Assembly (NCBI GenBank): GCA_904063045.1
Contig: CAJFCJ010000002.1
Span: forward strand, 4,373,645 to 4,437,644
Direction: 5' to 3'
From: Dimorphilus gyrociliatus
Taxonomy: Eukaryota; Animalia; Annelida
DNA length: 64,000 nucleotides
A model generated the notes under the pieces. It saw only the letters and a list, made by a program, of their open reading frames with translations. It ran no database searches and had not been told where the DNA came from. The position numbers were made by a program, and so were the translations under genes. Below, piece after piece: positions 62,155-64,000 of this stretch; within the stretch, counting starts at the first letter, position 1; the number at the start of each line of letters is the position of its first letter.

Positions 62155-64000
62155 TTTATATATAACATAAAGTACAATGCAGATATATACACCGATTAGA
62201 TGACATTTGTTGAATAATTATTGTAGCAATTTACACTGGCTATTAAAAGCACGAGTCAATTATCCTATACAAGACCCCCCGCAGCGATGAGTACTGCACA
62301 ACTACATTACCGCTTTTCCAAGAACTTTTATAAAAACAGGTATATTAGTCATATGTACAAATGTATAAATTAGTATTCGCGAGTATGTGATAGTTTTTTG
62401 CCTTGTCTTATCAGATTGGGGAGGAGCTTAGTTTTTTATCCGCATTCCTTAAAAAGTAGGTTAAGTAGAAAGATGCTTTAAGAAAAGCGACTTTATGCTG
62501 TCAAATTTCTCTGTGGACTCACTTTTAATAAATTGATCAATTAAAAAGCAGTGATTCAGTAAAAGAAAAACAATATCCTGTTTTTTTTTAGTGGAGATTA
62601 ATAATAAAAGTAACTTATTTTTATATTAGTATTGATATAATATAAAAAATATACCTAACAAAGATTTTTTTATAACTATTAGTGAGAAAAGAACATAAGA
62701 TTATAATTGCTACATTAAAATAAGCTTAAAATTAGCCAATTTTACAGCGATTAAAAATGGTTCGAAAAATCCAGATCATTTTTTTTAGATACGTATGTCA
62801 ACATAAATTCGCGCTAATTTCTTTTAATCTCTCTTTACTCTATATTTTGCTACATATATATCATAATATATATATATATGTATACAACTATTCTTCCATC
62901 TTTATCTTTAATAGGAGCTGTTATCTATATACATATCTTCATGAGTGTGAACAGTTAAGAGAAAATAAGGATGATTTAAAAAAAATTATAAATTTAATGA
63001 AAATTGAGAAAGTATATCAAACAAGGTTGATTTAACTTTTAAGAGTTCAGTTTTATATTAATTAATGAAGCTATCTAAAGAGAAGAAAGATGATAGGTTG
63101 ATAAATTGGTACAAAAAAAAATCATCTGAAGGCTGCAGAAGCTATGCAAATTACGACAAGGAGTATTGTCAATTGAGAAGGATAATTATAATAATTGAAA
63201 CAGTTGAGGGAAAAGAACGTGAGGTATATCAGTTTATTTATAGGCGTATTTATAGACTAAGGGCGAGTATATATGCAATTTATGAGTGCGATGAAAAGAA
63301 CAGAGTTGGAGAATATTAGAGGGAAAAGAGCATGAAGCGTGGAGGGTGCAAGATACTGTACCAGACAATCTAAATGTGAAAAAGTAGCATTTTCCTAACG
63401 ATTGTTTGTCAAATCGGCTTGCTATTTGCCTGTTTATATCCATACTAATCTCTGCCAATTATTTTAATACGTCAATAGAAAAGAAACAGTGTCAAAGAGC
63501 TTTTCTTCCACACTTAGTTAGCGTCAAGTGTATACATTGTATGTATATGTATAAATGTATACACACAAAGGCGCACCTTTAGCGCACCTGTCCGCACGCG
63601 CCGCTCATTATCTCGCTACCCTACCGGCCGTGCACCACCTGCATTTTTTTCCTTTGCATTTTTTTTTTCATCTCTAGTTTTTTTTTGTTCAAGCAGTTCT
63701 TTTTTTCCTCTCTTGATTTAATTATGTCTTTATTGGCGTTAATCGCTTAGGTGAATGGAGCTTTTAGTGCTCTGTTGGGCGTCTTGAAGTGAGGGAGAAT
63801 TTTTTCGATTTCTAAAGGTGGGGGGCCAGCTGTGATTTGTGGTATAAACTTTCGCACTCTCGCGATCTTATAAGGGCGTTTATTAACTCTGTAGGATGTC
63901 ACGTGATTGGTGTGAAGCAGAGTTTATTCTTTCAATTATGCTATTGACTGTTCTTTGTGCCTACACTTTAAATATTATAAGTAATTTTCATTACTCATTT

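Noticed and set aside
57000-64000. Short ORFs (60-92 aa) searched for a homeodomain or transposase
   Set aside because: No WFQNRR/RTxF-type or DDE/RT motifs seen; treated as intronic noise.
1-64000. CRISPR arrays, rRNA/tRNA genes, intact transposons, U12-type introns
   Set aside because: None recognised by eye. The sequence is eukaryotic and all modelled introns are GT-AG. tRNAscan-SE, Infernal and RepeatModeler were not run, so small RNAs cannot be excluded.

Overview
AT-rich, gene-dense animal genomic DNA with GT-AG introns in two size classes: many of about 55-75 nt and a few of 1.5 to over 7 kb. The gene content and compactness suggest a lophotrochozoan, plausibly a compact-genome annelid such as Dimorphilus (inference). 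I spliced 13 complete gene models by hand, each checked for a continuous reading frame: a RING-HC protein (+), an orphan 7TM GPCR (+), a TLC-domain protein (-), two head-to-head ELOVL elongases (-/+), an alpha-type nAChR-like subunit with an atypical pore (-), a GFRalpha/GAS1-like receptor (+), a SUEL-lectin-like type I receptor (-), a somatostatin/urotensin-II-like neuropeptide precursor (+; its peptide-coding exon is missed by the ORF track), a PLP class-V C-S lyase (-), an SH3-FAM107 protein (-), TMEM117 (+) and a CaaX-terminated ankyrin-repeat protein (-). There is also a single-ORF orphan membrane protein (-) and the first exon of an eh1-bearing, probably homeobox, transcription factor (+) whose long intron runs off the window. 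Best leads: the CMWKVC neuropeptide, the nAChR pore, the TLCD-ELOVL-ELOVL lipid cluster, the Egt2/LCD-like lyase, repeated TATA-CTG-TATA motifs resembling Tc1/mariner excision footprints, and a dense TAGACG motif cluster upstream of the transcription factor. No rRNA, tRNA, CRISPR array or intact mobile element was recognised.
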